Of a stretch of DNA of 64,000 nucleotides, positions 13,741-23,933 are shown in pieces. The translations under genes were made by a program, and so were the position numbers. This DNA is from Macrostomum lignano (taxonomy: Eukaryota): the NCBI GenBank assembly GCA_002269645.1, contig NIVC01000862.1:310001-374000 (forward strand), read 5' to 3'. Each line of letters starts with the position of its first letter. The stretch's first letter is position 1. The notes below the pieces were generated by a model. It was not told the origin of the DNA, ran no database searches, and saw only the letters and a program-made list of their open reading frames with translations.

Positions 13741-14040
13741 TTCTAGCGCGGCGCTCTCATGTGCCAGCGGCCCAGGCTCGATTCCAAGTGCAGTCACATT
13801 AATTTGGGGCTGAATTGGAATCTCGGCTTGGCTCTGCCAACCCCCAAGGCACAATGAAGTGTACATGCCTAACGATAAATACAGTTAGGGCCGCTGTACA
13901 CTCCTGGGTGAGTGTGTGCCTGTGCGTATGACTCCGGGGAGTCGGCGGAATGGGCAGCAATGCCTCTCGCCGGTTGTGTGACAATGTCGGTTAAAGTGCG
14001 CCAGGGTGCACACAGCCCCCTGCTGCTAATATAAATAAAT
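13741..14040 (+). mobile_element. Putative tRNA-derived SINE
   Basis: A-box-like tagcgcggcg, B-box-like ggctcgattcc, a unique body and an AT-rich tail (aatataaataaat). Confidence 0.45.
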
Positions 14041-16447
14041 GCTTAGTTGTACGTAGAATGGTTGTTGACCCATTACCGAAACACGTCAGCAATTTTTTCA
14101 ACTGTCGGATGACGTCACAGGCAGATGCTGTCTCTCTTTTTCAACTCTCAACTTCAGTCTATGCTCACGAGCTATATATACGAGCGTAGCTCCTGAGTCC
14201 TGTATTTAATTTACACAGCCGATTACACAATAAAAATAAAGTTCTTTAAGACGTTTGTTATATTTCAACTGCGCATTGCTTACTACGCTACTAGTCTGTG
14301 AGTAGCAGTTTGCCGAGAGAATATCTAAATACATAGAATTAACATAATATTTCTGACTAAAACTACCGCTAAGTACGATATAGAACTTGGTTTGTGTATG
14401 TTAAAAGTTATTTTAAAATTTGCCCTGCATCTTTTGATGCAGTCGAGATATGTGTAACCTAAATAAAATGTTATTTTTTGTTTCGACAAAAGACAAGAGA
14501 AATGGATATTTTTCTTGTTTCTATGTTTTAGTTGTGGCTATCGATTGGGGTCTTGTGATGCTCTTTGGCTGCTTAAATCCGGTATATTAACATGTGTTTC
14601 ATCATACATACATACCAGTCTACGGAATCTACAGTCGGTAGACTCAATATAGATGGATAGATATAGGTATGACTCATCCTTGCTATTTTAATGGTTGATC
14701 AAACCAACTTGAACCTTTGCTTGCATTACCATTACGACTTGCGATTACGTATACTTGTGAAGTAAAAACTGATTGAATATGTGTCTACTACCGCAGCAGG
14801 GTTTTATTGCGTCGCAACTCGCAACTGGGCGTTCTATCTATCTAAATATCTAATATCGTAAAAATTTGTGCTATAATAGTCGCATTAATTACGTTTACGA
14901 TTGTTGAGTCCGCTTAATCAGCAAAACTCTCCAGTGCGTTTTACTAGGGGACTGCAGACCAGTACAGTATAGAACGGGTGTAGTAGAGGGGAACACAATT
15001 TTGTTTGGTTGACGCTATCTCTTGGGGAAGGGAGGCAAGGCAGACTTTTCAAATTTCGATCTGAAAGTTCCTGCCTATTCCCTACTATGATTTCTGATAA
15101 GCAGCTTAGGTCAGGTTGTTTTGGTGACACTGTAGGCCTGAAGGATGGGCAACTCTGTTTAGATTAGGTTTATTAGCAGTTGGACCTTTTCCCAGACCCC
15201 CTTTGTCGCAGCAGCACTTAGGCCAGTTCTATTTTTAGATCAGACCATAAGGGGCAAGAGGAGAGAAATCTTTTAAGTTCAATGGTCAATCTACACTAGA
15301 TGTACATGGTTCGGGGTGTCACGTCCCTTCTACCTCCTTGCCCCTCTCTGTACAAACTTATTATTTCGGCCCGTCCGATCCTGCCGCTACAAAAGTCAAA
15401 CCCCCACAAGCCCCAGCCAGCCAGTTAAGACTAGTAGCTCATTACATATTGTCCCTCCTGAGGATTCTGTACTTTAATATCGATTCTTATTCAATTTGCT
15501 TATCGAAGTTTAATCCTAATTAAATTTCAAGCTAATTGGTCTGACTCTAAGCAAGATTCTTACTAGAGCCCTCCTTAGAATCTGAGACACTGTAAGTTTC
15601 AACTATCTTATTCTTATCGATTTTACAGTCAATTTTTATTTTACTTGCGTTTACTATAAGTAGCTCGTAATGGCAGAAATAAAATCCTCACTGCAGTGTA
15701 CGGCGTACTAGTACAATATAGTGCACAACTGTACATGTATGACTTTGTAATTTGGTTGCTCTCCAAAGGAATGACCGGCGATCCCTGACTCTCGTGCAAT
15801 ATCATCTCGATTTACGAACGATGATCTGATCTCATTAATTGTATTCCTTAATTAGGTTTTTCCTCTCCACAAAATCTCATTTACTAAAAAGTGTCATATA
15901 TTTCTCGTGTACTGTACATGTCACGCAGTTCTCGCTTTGGTGCGTAGTTTAAACAAGCCCGTCCAGTCTGCTTTGATGGCGAGACTCTTCTCTACTGTCG
16001 GCAGTGTCGGGTCGAAATCGGAACGGAGAGAGGCTCGTTAATTCTGTCTTTTCTGTGTTAAATGGCATGCACTGGAATTTCCCATGTACATGTAATTGCA
16101 CTGCGTCGCAACTTAATCATGGGGCGCCAATTAAGCCATACATGCGCAACTGCTGGCCGACCTGGCCGATCTGGCCACCGTAAATTGTGGTGGACCAGGG
16201 GTAAGTCGCAAAAATGCCCAGCCTAAAGAATTCAGACGTATTACTAATTAGATGACGAGTAATTTAGCCCTTATTAGATAATATATAAAGACAGTTATAG
16301 ATACTCCTGCCGTTTACCCAAAATTGCGTTAGGGTTTCTTTTACAGGTAAGTCGCATTTTTGGTCAAAAGGTAAGTCGCATGGCTAGTGTAAATCAGGGG
16401 GGTTGCGCATGCATGAATTAAGCGCCCCCTAGCACATACCGGCACAG

Positions 16448-16995
16448 TAGATTGGCTGTCTCTTGGTGGGCGCCTGTCTCTTGGTTGGCGCCTGTCTCTT
16501 GGTTGGCGCCTGTCTCTTTATGCGCCTCTCTCGGTTGGCCCCCATGTCTCTTGGTGGGCGCCCCTGTCTCTTGGTATGCGCCCCTGACTCTTGGTTGGCG
16601 CCCCTGTCTCTTGGTATGCGCCCCTGACTCTTGGTTGGCGCCCCTGTCTCTTGGTGGGCGCCCCTGTCTCTTGGTATGCGCCCCTGACTCTTGTTTGGCG
16701 CCCCTGTCTCTTGGTTGGCGCCCCTGTCTCTTGGTATGCGCCCCTGACTCTTGGTTGGCGCCCCTGTCTCTTGGTATGCGCCCCTGACTCTTGGTTGGCG
16801 CCCCTGTCTCTTGGTGGGCGCCCCTGTCTCTTGGTATGCGCCCCTGACTCTTGTTTGGCGCCCCTGTCTCTTGGTTGGCGCCCCTGTCTCTTGGTGGGCG
16901 CCCCTGTCTCTTGGTATGCACCCCTGTCTCATGGTATTCACTCCTGTCTCTAAGTGAGCGCCCCTGTCTCTTGGTTGGCACCCCTACCCCTGTCT
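16448..16995. repeat. 20-bp minisatellite (cccctgtctcttggttggcg)
   Basis: About 25 tandem copies. The same family occurs in the opposite orientation at 31025-31315. Confidence 0.92.
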
Positions 16996-17269
16996 CTTAG
17001 GCCCGATGGATGCCACGTCCAAGAGGGTTGAGCCCTTAACGTTGAGCGTCCATCTTGTTGCCTCTTTCGACTTTTGTTCAGTTTTTGGTGGAGTGAAATT
17101 TCGGTGTGGTCGAGGGGAGACGGGGGCGGACCCCTTCCCCCACCCCCCATTTACATTCGCTACTGAGTATCAGTAGTAGGAAAGTGGTACCCTCTACCGC
17201 CATCGCACGGGATTGGCCGGGGCACCCGGCCAATGAGGGGAGAGGGCGCCCCGAAGACGCCCACCCCGA

Positions 17270-17650
17270 CGCCAAACCCACCCCGACCCCCAAACCCACC
17301 CCGACCCCAAACCCACCACCCTCCACGCACCCAATCCCGACCCCAAACCCACGCACCCACCCCGACCCCAAACCAGGCCCCCTCCTGTCCTACACCCCTC
17401 CTGTCCTGCACCCCGTGCATCCCATACCAAGACCCCCTCCTGTCCTGCACCCCGTGCATCCCATACCAAGACCCCCTCCTGTCCTGCACCCCATGCATCC
17501 CATACCAAGACCCCCTCCTGTCCTACACCCCTCCTGTCCTGCACCCCGTGCATCCCATACCAAGACCCCCTCCTGTCCTGCACCCCATGCATCCCATACC
17601 AAGGCCCCCTCCTATCCTACGCCTTGCCCCATCCCATGTAGCAAGGTCCT
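17270..17650. repeat. C-rich subterminal tandem repeats (cccgaccccaaaccca and a 39-bp unit accccctcctgtcctgcaccccgtgcatcccataccaag); mirrored at 29645-30030
   Basis: Directly visible. The complementary strand is G-run rich and could form G-quadruplexes. Confidence 0.9.
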
Positions 17651-17904
17651 TCTATCCTGTACCCTAACCAAAACCAATTCCCCCTCCTAATTCCTAAACC
17701 CAAGTCTTATTACCTGTCTCACTTACCGCCTTTAAAGCTAGCCAAGGCAAAACCCTCATTCCATGCTTTGGTTGTACTGTATCTTGCTGTGGCGGGTACA
17801 GCGTGAGGTCGTTAGACCTAGAACGCTACTTCTTGGCGGCCAGAGGGCCGCAAGAAGGTCCCGCCACCTCCTGTTACGTTGATGGCTGAGACTTTGTTAA
17901 GGCC

Positions 17905-18170
17905 CGAGTTCCTGCGAAAGGGCTGCTGTGTGGGGGTTGGATTTGGGGTTCGGATTAGTTATTGCTATGGAACAGGAGCTGGTTTCTAAATGGCTGAGTG
18001 GTCCCCGGAAGGGCTCCTGATTTGCCGAGAGTTCCTGCGAGAGGGCTGTTGTGTGGGGTTGGATTCGGGGTTCGGATTGGTTATTGCTATGGAGCGGGGA
18101 TCTGGTGTTACTTACCAACTCTCGTCGTATATAATCTCGCACACAGCCGGAAGGAAAGCTCACAGTGAAC
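17905..18170 (+). promoter_or_regulatory. Putative promoter of the PC4-like gene
   Basis: Two roughly 70-bp direct repeats (about 17905-17980 and 18028-18102), the second containing an inverted CCAAT (ggattggtt). TATATAA at 18128-18134, Inr-like tcacagt at 18160-18166, and AAAATG start context at 18171-18176. Confidence 0.5.
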
Positions 18171-18173
18171 AAA

Positions 18174-18884
18174 ATGAACTTCAAGACATTATCGAACAGA
18201 TTTCGAATCGGCGTCAGGTCGCACTCGAAGTGCATCAGCATCAGAAAGTGGTACAAATTTGATGAAGAGTATCGACCAGGTCTGCCTGGCATGGAGCTCA
18301 CCGTCCACCAGTTTTGCCACTTGGGCAGCCTGAAGGAACGACTGGAAGAGTTTGCAAGAAAGTGTATCGATGCGCAATGCCTTCTGGGTGGCAACAGGCA
18401 AGTGGTTGTGCAAAATGGCGTAATCACACTCTGGCGCCTTCCAACTGTACTCGGACCGCCGGTGCACCTAAGGCACGCCTTACCGCTTCCTACAAAACTT
18501 TGGCGCGAAGTCTGGGCTCAAAAGCATTGGGTCCTAGACAAAATTGACAAGCGAGAACCTCCAGTCAAGCCACCGATCGGCGATCCATGGTGGATGGGAT
18601 ACCACCCTACGGAGCCTGAAGAGTGTGCAGCATGGGCAGCAAGGCTTACACTCGACCAACTTATACAAGTACCTGACAGGCAGCCGGCAGAGTGGGACGA
18701 CCACTGGGAGGCTTTCCAGGCAGTTCAGGCTGAATTTAGAAAGAGATTTGCATCCGAAACTCTGGAAGAGCCATCAACAGCTGAGAAGAACCAACAGCCT
18801 TCATGCCACCAGCCACCAATGAAGCGACGCGCAATGCGTGAAGCGAAACTGGTCATTTCGTCAAGTAACTTTTTTTTAATATAG
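18174..18884 (+). CDS. PC4/Sub1 (transcriptional coactivator p15)-like ssDNA-binding domain protein carried by the Maverick
   Basis: LSNRFRIGVRSHSKCISIRKWYKFDEEYRPGLPGMELTVHQFCHLGSLKERLEEFARK aligns by eye to the PC4 core ([58 protein letters not shown]), followed by a Trp/Pro-rich C-terminal region. ATG at 18174; the ORF track starts at GTG 18165. Confidence 0.75.
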   Translation: MNFKTLSNRFRIGVRSHSKCISIRKWYKFDEEYRPGLPGMELTVHQFCHLGSLKERLEEFARKCIDAQCLLGGNRQVVVQNGVITLWRLPTVLGPPVHLRHALPLPTKLWREVWAQKHWVLDKIDKREPPVKPPIGDPWWMGYHPTEPEECAAWAARLTLDQLIQVPDRQPAEWDDHWEAFQAVQAEFRKRFASETLEEPSTAEKNQQPSCHQPPMKRRAMREAKLVISSSNFFLI

Positions 18885-19300
18885 TTTTGAACCATAGTAC
18901 TGATCATGCACTGTTGTATATACTGCTTTGTCAATACTGGCTATAATATTGCCCCATGATGCTTTAATTTCTTGCGATAATACCTGTTTTGTAAATACAC
19001 GTGACGGGCCTTAATACTGCCCTTCCATTCTTCATAAACTTTTTTTGTGCTAATAGGAGCTTTTAACATGTAATTTTATGCTTTGCAATCCATGGACCTG
19101 CCAATAAAATAAACAAAAAAAACGTTTCATTTTTGTAAGCATTGTTGCACAAACATTGTTGCATTCGCGTTTATTTTTTCTTATCTTTTGTACACAAAAA
19201 ATACAGAAGTAAAGTTATAGGAAAAATATTATTATTATTATTATTATTATTACTCTGTGCATAGGCAGATCTCACTACTACTGTTATGCCGTAGAGGAGC

Positions 19301-19899
19301 TCAGTCAGAGTCCAGCAAAGTAGGTTCGGATGCTTGGTCTGCATGCAAAATGCGGGAGAGGGCATCAGCTGCAGTCTGAGCCTCAACCACGCTGCGAGCA
19401 CCAGCTATTATACAGCGATATGAATGAAACAAAATCAACTTTACAGAAGCAGTAAACTCGAGCACAAGTCCGTTAAACATTTCCGGCTCGTAGGTGGCCC
19501 GATGCGGCCATTTAGACTTGACTTCCCCCAACCGGAGTGGATGCCGACCCGCGGGAAAGGCGTCACAGAGGTAATAGTCTTGATGCGAATCTGGGGCAGA
19601 CTGGTCAATCGCAAGAAGTCTGCACACAGCTTCACAATCTTCTCTGTCTCTGCGAGAGCTTCCTCCATGCTTTTGGCTCCACAGACAGACACTTGTCCGG
19701 TCGGATACACCAGCGCGGTTACTCGATGCTGCCCGCTCTTCATCACCACAGCCAGTGTTCGAGGATGAACCAGGCGATGGCGGATTGTGTGATACTGAGG
19801 CAGATGAAGAGTCAGGAAATTCGCTAGTTGAGGCAGACCCACCCGGGTCGCCAGGTCGGCTCCTGTCACGATGTTTGTCACGCGAATTGTTGCGACCAT
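19301..19899 (-). CDS. Divergent TATA-binding protein (TBP)-like gene; 199 aa once a 1-nt deletion at about 19561 is restored from the right arm
   Basis: Both TBP repeats are recognisable: IRVTNIVTGADL, TALVYPTGQVSVCGAKSMEEA, HPLRL, ATYEPEMFNGLVLEF, VKLILFHSYRCIIAGARS. The right-arm copy reads through the site in frame. Confidence 0.9.
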
Positions 19900-20392
19900 C
19901 TTTAGACAATCGAGAGAAACGCCAGTGCCTGCTGCAGATCGCTACTTTTATAGACCCGTAGCCGCGAGGCCGCAGCCAATCAGCGTACAGCGCCACCTTG
20001 GCCAGGGCGCAGGGTAGCACGTACTTCGAGGCACTCGGAAAGGCCAGGTGTGCGAGGTCGTAGACAGGCTGTAGCAGCAGACGCGACAGGAACTGGCACT
20101 TGACATCCCCCTTGCTGAATATCGGGCCTTGCAAGTGGGAGATATCGCTCCAGAGACAAGAGTAGGGTCGGAACCCACTCCTGTCCCAGTCTAGACCGTG
20201 CCGCTTATTGGTGAGCCAGTAGCAGGTTCGTCGCTGTCCTCGATCAAAGAGCTCAAAGCTGTGCGGCGGTCGGTAGCAATAGTAATGAGCCGTCGTTTGA
20301 CCGCATGCAAACTCAACCCATGCAATTTCCTTAATCACAAAGTCCTCTGTTTTGTAGAGGTGCGGAAATCCTTCAAAATCAATGACAATCAT
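19512..20392 (-). CDS. DEDD/RNase H-fold exonuclease-like Maverick protein
   Basis: MIVIDFEGF..FVIKEIA..YRPP..WLT..HGLDW..SKGDVK..CALAKV..DW. The ATG overlaps the upstream stop (ATGA). The 3' end is uncertain because the frame runs on over the TBP N-terminal half to a stop at 19512, inferred from the right arm. Confidence 0.7.
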
Positions 20393-20985
20393 CTTGGCCA
20401 CTTGATCCACTTGCCGTATCCTTTCTGAGACTGAGTCTTCTTATAGCCTTGCAGTCGAGGTTTTTTAGGACTGGACTTTTCTTCCCGAGGCTTTTCCAGC
20501 AATTTTGTAGTGTTCAGACCAACTGCAGACAGAGGCACGTGGTTTTCTTGAAGACACGTAACAAACTCATTAATCCCATTCGGTGGCTGAAGGTACTTAG
20601 AGTACGTATCTTTAACTATGAAATTCAGCAGGTCCACGATATTTGAGTTGTACAACGGTTTACCATTGACAGAAACTTCATACGTATCATCTATGCTAAT
20701 CGACTTGCACTTTACGGTTATGAAGCTAATCAATGCCTGCAGACGATGATGCCATTTCTGATTCACCGTCAGATATAAAACCTCCTTCCACTGCGGTTCT
20801 TTGTGAATTACTGGAGGCTGTTCTTGGGTCGCACTTGCCTGCAGCTGCTGCACGCAACGCTCGTCCCTAATCTTGCGCAACTGTTTTTCCGCCTCTAGCT
20901 CGGGTTCACAGACTGTCTCCATGCCCCTCTGATTCACAAGTGCCTCATACTGCAACCGGGGTACCAGTATCATTTCCTTGTACAT
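20389..20985 (-). CDS. Conserved Maverick hypothetical protein
   Basis: KEMILVP...EVSVNGKPLYNSNIVDLL..PPNGINEFVTCLQENHVPLSAVG, a pattern I recognise from Maverick core blocks. Intact 198-aa ORF. Confidence 0.7.
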   Translation of the reverse strand: MYKEMILVPRLQYEALVNQRGMETVCEPELEAEKQLRKIRDERCVQQLQASATQEQPPVIHKEPQWKEVLYLTVNQKWHHRLQALISFITVKCKSISIDDTYEVSVNGKPLYNSNIVDLLNFIVKDTYSKYLQPPNGINEFVTCLQENHVPLSAVGLNTTKLLEKPREEKSSPKKPRLQGYKKTQSQKGYGKWIKWPR

Positions 20986-21277
20986 GTCTTTTTATATAGG
21001 TGAGAATCAGAGGAAGACAACGAAGGATATGCGGGTGTGAGAGATTACGCCGAGCCTCTTTCACACTTTTGCTTTGTGCAACAAGCCGGAGAGTATTTCG
21101 ATATCGCCTGAGTCTCCGCTTCAAGCTATCTTCACAGCCAACTTTTCCTGCTAGTAAGTTGATAATACACTCGACCAAAAAGCAAATGGTGCTTTTATTT
21201 GCATAGGTAAGTATGCAGCGACGCAAGGATATAGTGCCCTCACAAAAGACAGTTATTAGTGCAATGTGTTTATCCAT
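20945..21277 (-). CDS. Small basic conserved Maverick protein
   Basis: RRCIL..A....ICFLVECIINLLAGKV..LKRRLRRYRNTLR; located directly downstream of the ATPase. Confidence 0.7.
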   Translation of the reverse strand: MDKHIALITVFCEGTISLRRCILTYANKSTICFLVECIINLLAGKVGCEDSLKRRLRRYRNTLRLVAQSKSVKEARRNLSHPHILRCLPLILTYIKRHVQGNDTGTPVAV

Positions 21278-21307
21278 GTTTAACTCAGTGCAGATACTGA
21301 GCCATTC

Positions 21308-21966
21308 TTATAGATAAACTCGCTGCGGGGCCTCATCGGGGAGAAAATTGGCTCTCAGGCGCAGTTCATGGGGTGAAGCGGGGTGAAAATCAAGCAGCAG
21401 ATAGCGCTGATCTCCATCTCGCACCAATCGATCCATCAGTTCTACTAGCAGAGTGCGCCGTTTGGGAAAGCATTGCTGACTTAAAGCTTGGACCGCAGAG
21501 GTGTCTCTGGGGTTGTTGAACAACACATGTAGGTGCAATTTATGCTAATTGTGCGCCACTCTCTGCCTTTGAAAAATAGATTTTGCGTGATGAGAATGAC
21601 AAAGCAGGGCTTGTGGTGGGCCTCACGGGTGAACAGATGTCGTAGCTCTCGACTTGCAGCTGCTTCATCCAGTAAATCGTCAATCACAATCAGGTCATGG
21701 GGCTGCAGATCCAAATTCGATAATCCTTCACATACTTGCACTCCTAGCCGCCGCAGAGTCGCGTGGAGTTCCGGCTGCGGGCATCCGTGATACCAAATCA
21801 TCCGCTTGGGAGGTTGGTCGAACAGAAGCAGTCGTTGGGACAGCAACCGCAAACAGAATGTTGATTTTCCCGCTCGAGAAGGGCCCGAAACCATCATGCA
21901 GCCTCCCATCCGCAGTCTGGAATCAAACACCTTGCAACTGATTTTTGAGTCTGAGTATGATTGCAT
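21308..21966 (-). CDS. A32/FtsK-like genome-packaging ATPase (1-nt frameshift near 21526)
   Basis: Walker A GPSRAGKST, Walker B LIVIDD, VILITQNLF, and after the shift VLFNNPRD and YLLLDFHP. Confidence 0.93.
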
Positions 21967-22396
21967 CGTTTTGAGCCACAGCTGCCGGGTGCAAAACCTT
22001 GATGAACAAGGCATTATATGACATTCTCTTATGTAGTCGATGGATCAAGTAAAAAATGCAATACCAGCCGCATAGAGTTGACGAACTGGGCTGAACAGGG
22101 ACCGTATTCCATTGCAGCACCATCCGCGTCGGTTTAGTTTTCTTTAACCAGCTCTTCATATTTTTACTCAAGCCTCCCAAAGAGTTGAAAATTTCACAAT
22201 GCACTTTACTTGTTACTACTCCAGCAATCCAGTGACCGCACTCATCATTCCATGGCTCATACAAAATGAAACAGCAGGGTCGGCAGGTTGAATCGAAAAA
22301 TGGTGTCACTGTTCCAACTGTAAAAATTCCGCAATAGGCATCCCACACAGCTGTGGGGCAGCGAGAAATGAACGCTTCCAACTCTTCGGAATTCAT
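21923..22396 (-). CDS. Adenain-like cysteine protease
   Basis: GHWIA, EIFNSLG, PVQPSSSTLCGWYCIFYL. Confidence 0.9.
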   Translation of the reverse strand: MNSEELEAFISRCPTAVWDAYCGIFTVGTVTPFFDSTCRPCCFILYEPWNDECGHWIAGVVTSKVHCEIFNSLGGLSKNMKSWLKKTKPTRMVLQWNTVPVQPSSSTLCGWYCIFYLIHRLHKRMSYNALFIKVLHPAAVAQNDAIILRLKNQLQGV

Positions 22397-23663
22397 GCTC
22401 TGCGATAATCCAGCAGCACATCCCTCTCTTTAGTGATTTCCATGCATGAATCATACACGCACAAGCAGATGAGTGTGACTGGCTGTGCGAGAGCGTTGGA
22501 AAAGCGAATATCCAGTCGTAGTTGACCCTGCCTATGACCAAACCAGCTGCCTACTTCATCGCCACTTGGACTAAGGTCAAACGCAAGCAGATAGGCACTA
22601 TCTCGATATTCATCAAAGCTCATGCAATAGTTTCCACCGAGACTGCGGGCAAACTGCAAAAATTCGGATGAGTGCTGCTGCTGTGGTTCTATGGGCTGCC
22701 CAGTAATTGGCTGTCCATTGACAAACAGGCTTAAACTATTCAATCCAAATGCTTGGAACCAAAACGGGTTGTGGTGCAGAGATCCATTGAAAGCTGTCTG
22801 GCTGACCATGCCAAGGAGCACAAATTTTGGCAGCTGACCATGCGTGATTGAATCGAGACTCTTGTTTCTTGTCCCAACAGAAAATGTGAATGTCTGAAGC
22901 TCTCTTCTATCAAAGTGGTAGAGAGCATTACGCTGTGAGAGCCCCTGTTCATGTGCGAAGCCACTGTTGGGTTTACTCGGAGACGCCTCAAAAGCAGAAT
23001 AGCATTGTCGACTTCAATACGATATTGAACTCCATTATTGGGTACCATCAACGAAAAAGCGCTGCAATGCCGGGTCAATTTGACCTGCAGGCTGATTTGG
23101 TTTAGCAGATACTGCCGGATTGAGAAAATGTCTGAAAACAACGGGCCGGCATATTGCACAACAGCAGAAGCCTCATGCAATCTCGCACGATTTGTGAATC
23201 CATGATTTTGCTCCCCAATGGTGTCACTCTCTCCAGCGGTGTCTGGATAATAACCTGCGGCCGCCAGTTCTTGAAGCTGGTTGGCATTGCTGCTGGTCAG
23301 CACTTGAAGCATTGCTCGATATGGGTAGAGCTGGTCCCCACCACTCACAACCCGCTGGTTGAGTTTTACAGTGACATCACGAAACAGGCTGGCAAGCGGG
23401 AGATTCGATAGTCCGACATGGGCATCATCTTCATTAGTCAGCTCTGCATTGTTTATCACACGAGTTATCCGGCAAGTGACTTGCAGCACTGTGGCGTGCA
23501 GATCGGTGTAGTCCTCAGAGGAGGCATGGCAGTCGAATTCAATCGGTGCATCAGGAGTCGTGAGACTGCCGATGGGATGAAAGTCCATGAAGTGAGACCT
23601 ATCCACTCCAATTTCATGCGTCATTGGCTCAAACAGGTTGAGCCGTGGATTTGTCCGATACAT
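22393..23663 (-). CDS. Double jelly-roll major capsid protein (1-nt frameshift near 22943)
   Basis: LNLFEP..PIEF..DYTDL..LASLFRDVTVKLN..YPYRA..YYPDTAG..GQLPK..AFNGSLHHNPF..AFDLSP..GQLRLDIRFSNAL..DVLLDY. Restoring one G in the GGGG run gives RGLSQRNALYHFDRRE in frame. Confidence 0.92.
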
Positions 23664-23933
23664 TATGAGAGTGAATCGAGCACTCGGTTGACTGTTTTTA
23701 ACGGTATCTTGCGCTTTTTTTTTGGGCACTGGCTTGCTCTTCTTTGGTTTGATTTTTGGCGTCTTCTTATGTTTTCTTTTTTTCTGCGATGGAGGTGGTA
23801 TGCGGGAAAGGAGAACTGCATTTTCATGAGTCTCAGGGGGCAGTCGAGATAGCAGCGATGTGGGATATCCGTGCCCATGAGGAAGTTTGAAGCAACTGCC
23901 TCGATAAAACTCGGTCACTTGTCGAATGTCCAT
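23664..23933 (-). CDS. Lys-rich putative core (DNA-condensing) protein, in frame with the major capsid protein
   Basis: YRGSCFKLPHGHG motif and a QKKRKHKKTPKIKPKKSKPVPKKK tail. No stop before the MCP start. Confidence 0.45.

Larger units (their letters stand above)
17172..19846 (+). repeat. Left inverted arm (about 2.7 kb) of the Maverick
   Basis: Reverse complement of 27449-30125, with only a few substitutions and 1-nt indels found by manual comparison. Confidence 0.95.

Noticed and set aside
16335-16352. tttcttttacag|gtaagt as a recursive splice site
   Set aside because: ggtaagtcgca recurs three times locally (about 16200, 16346, 16370) as part of a repeat, so coincidence is likely.
19301-20410. 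369-aa exonuclease-TBP fusion ORF in the track
   Set aside because: It is produced by the 1-nt deletion near 19561. The right arm shows TBP as one continuous frame separate from the DEDD frame.
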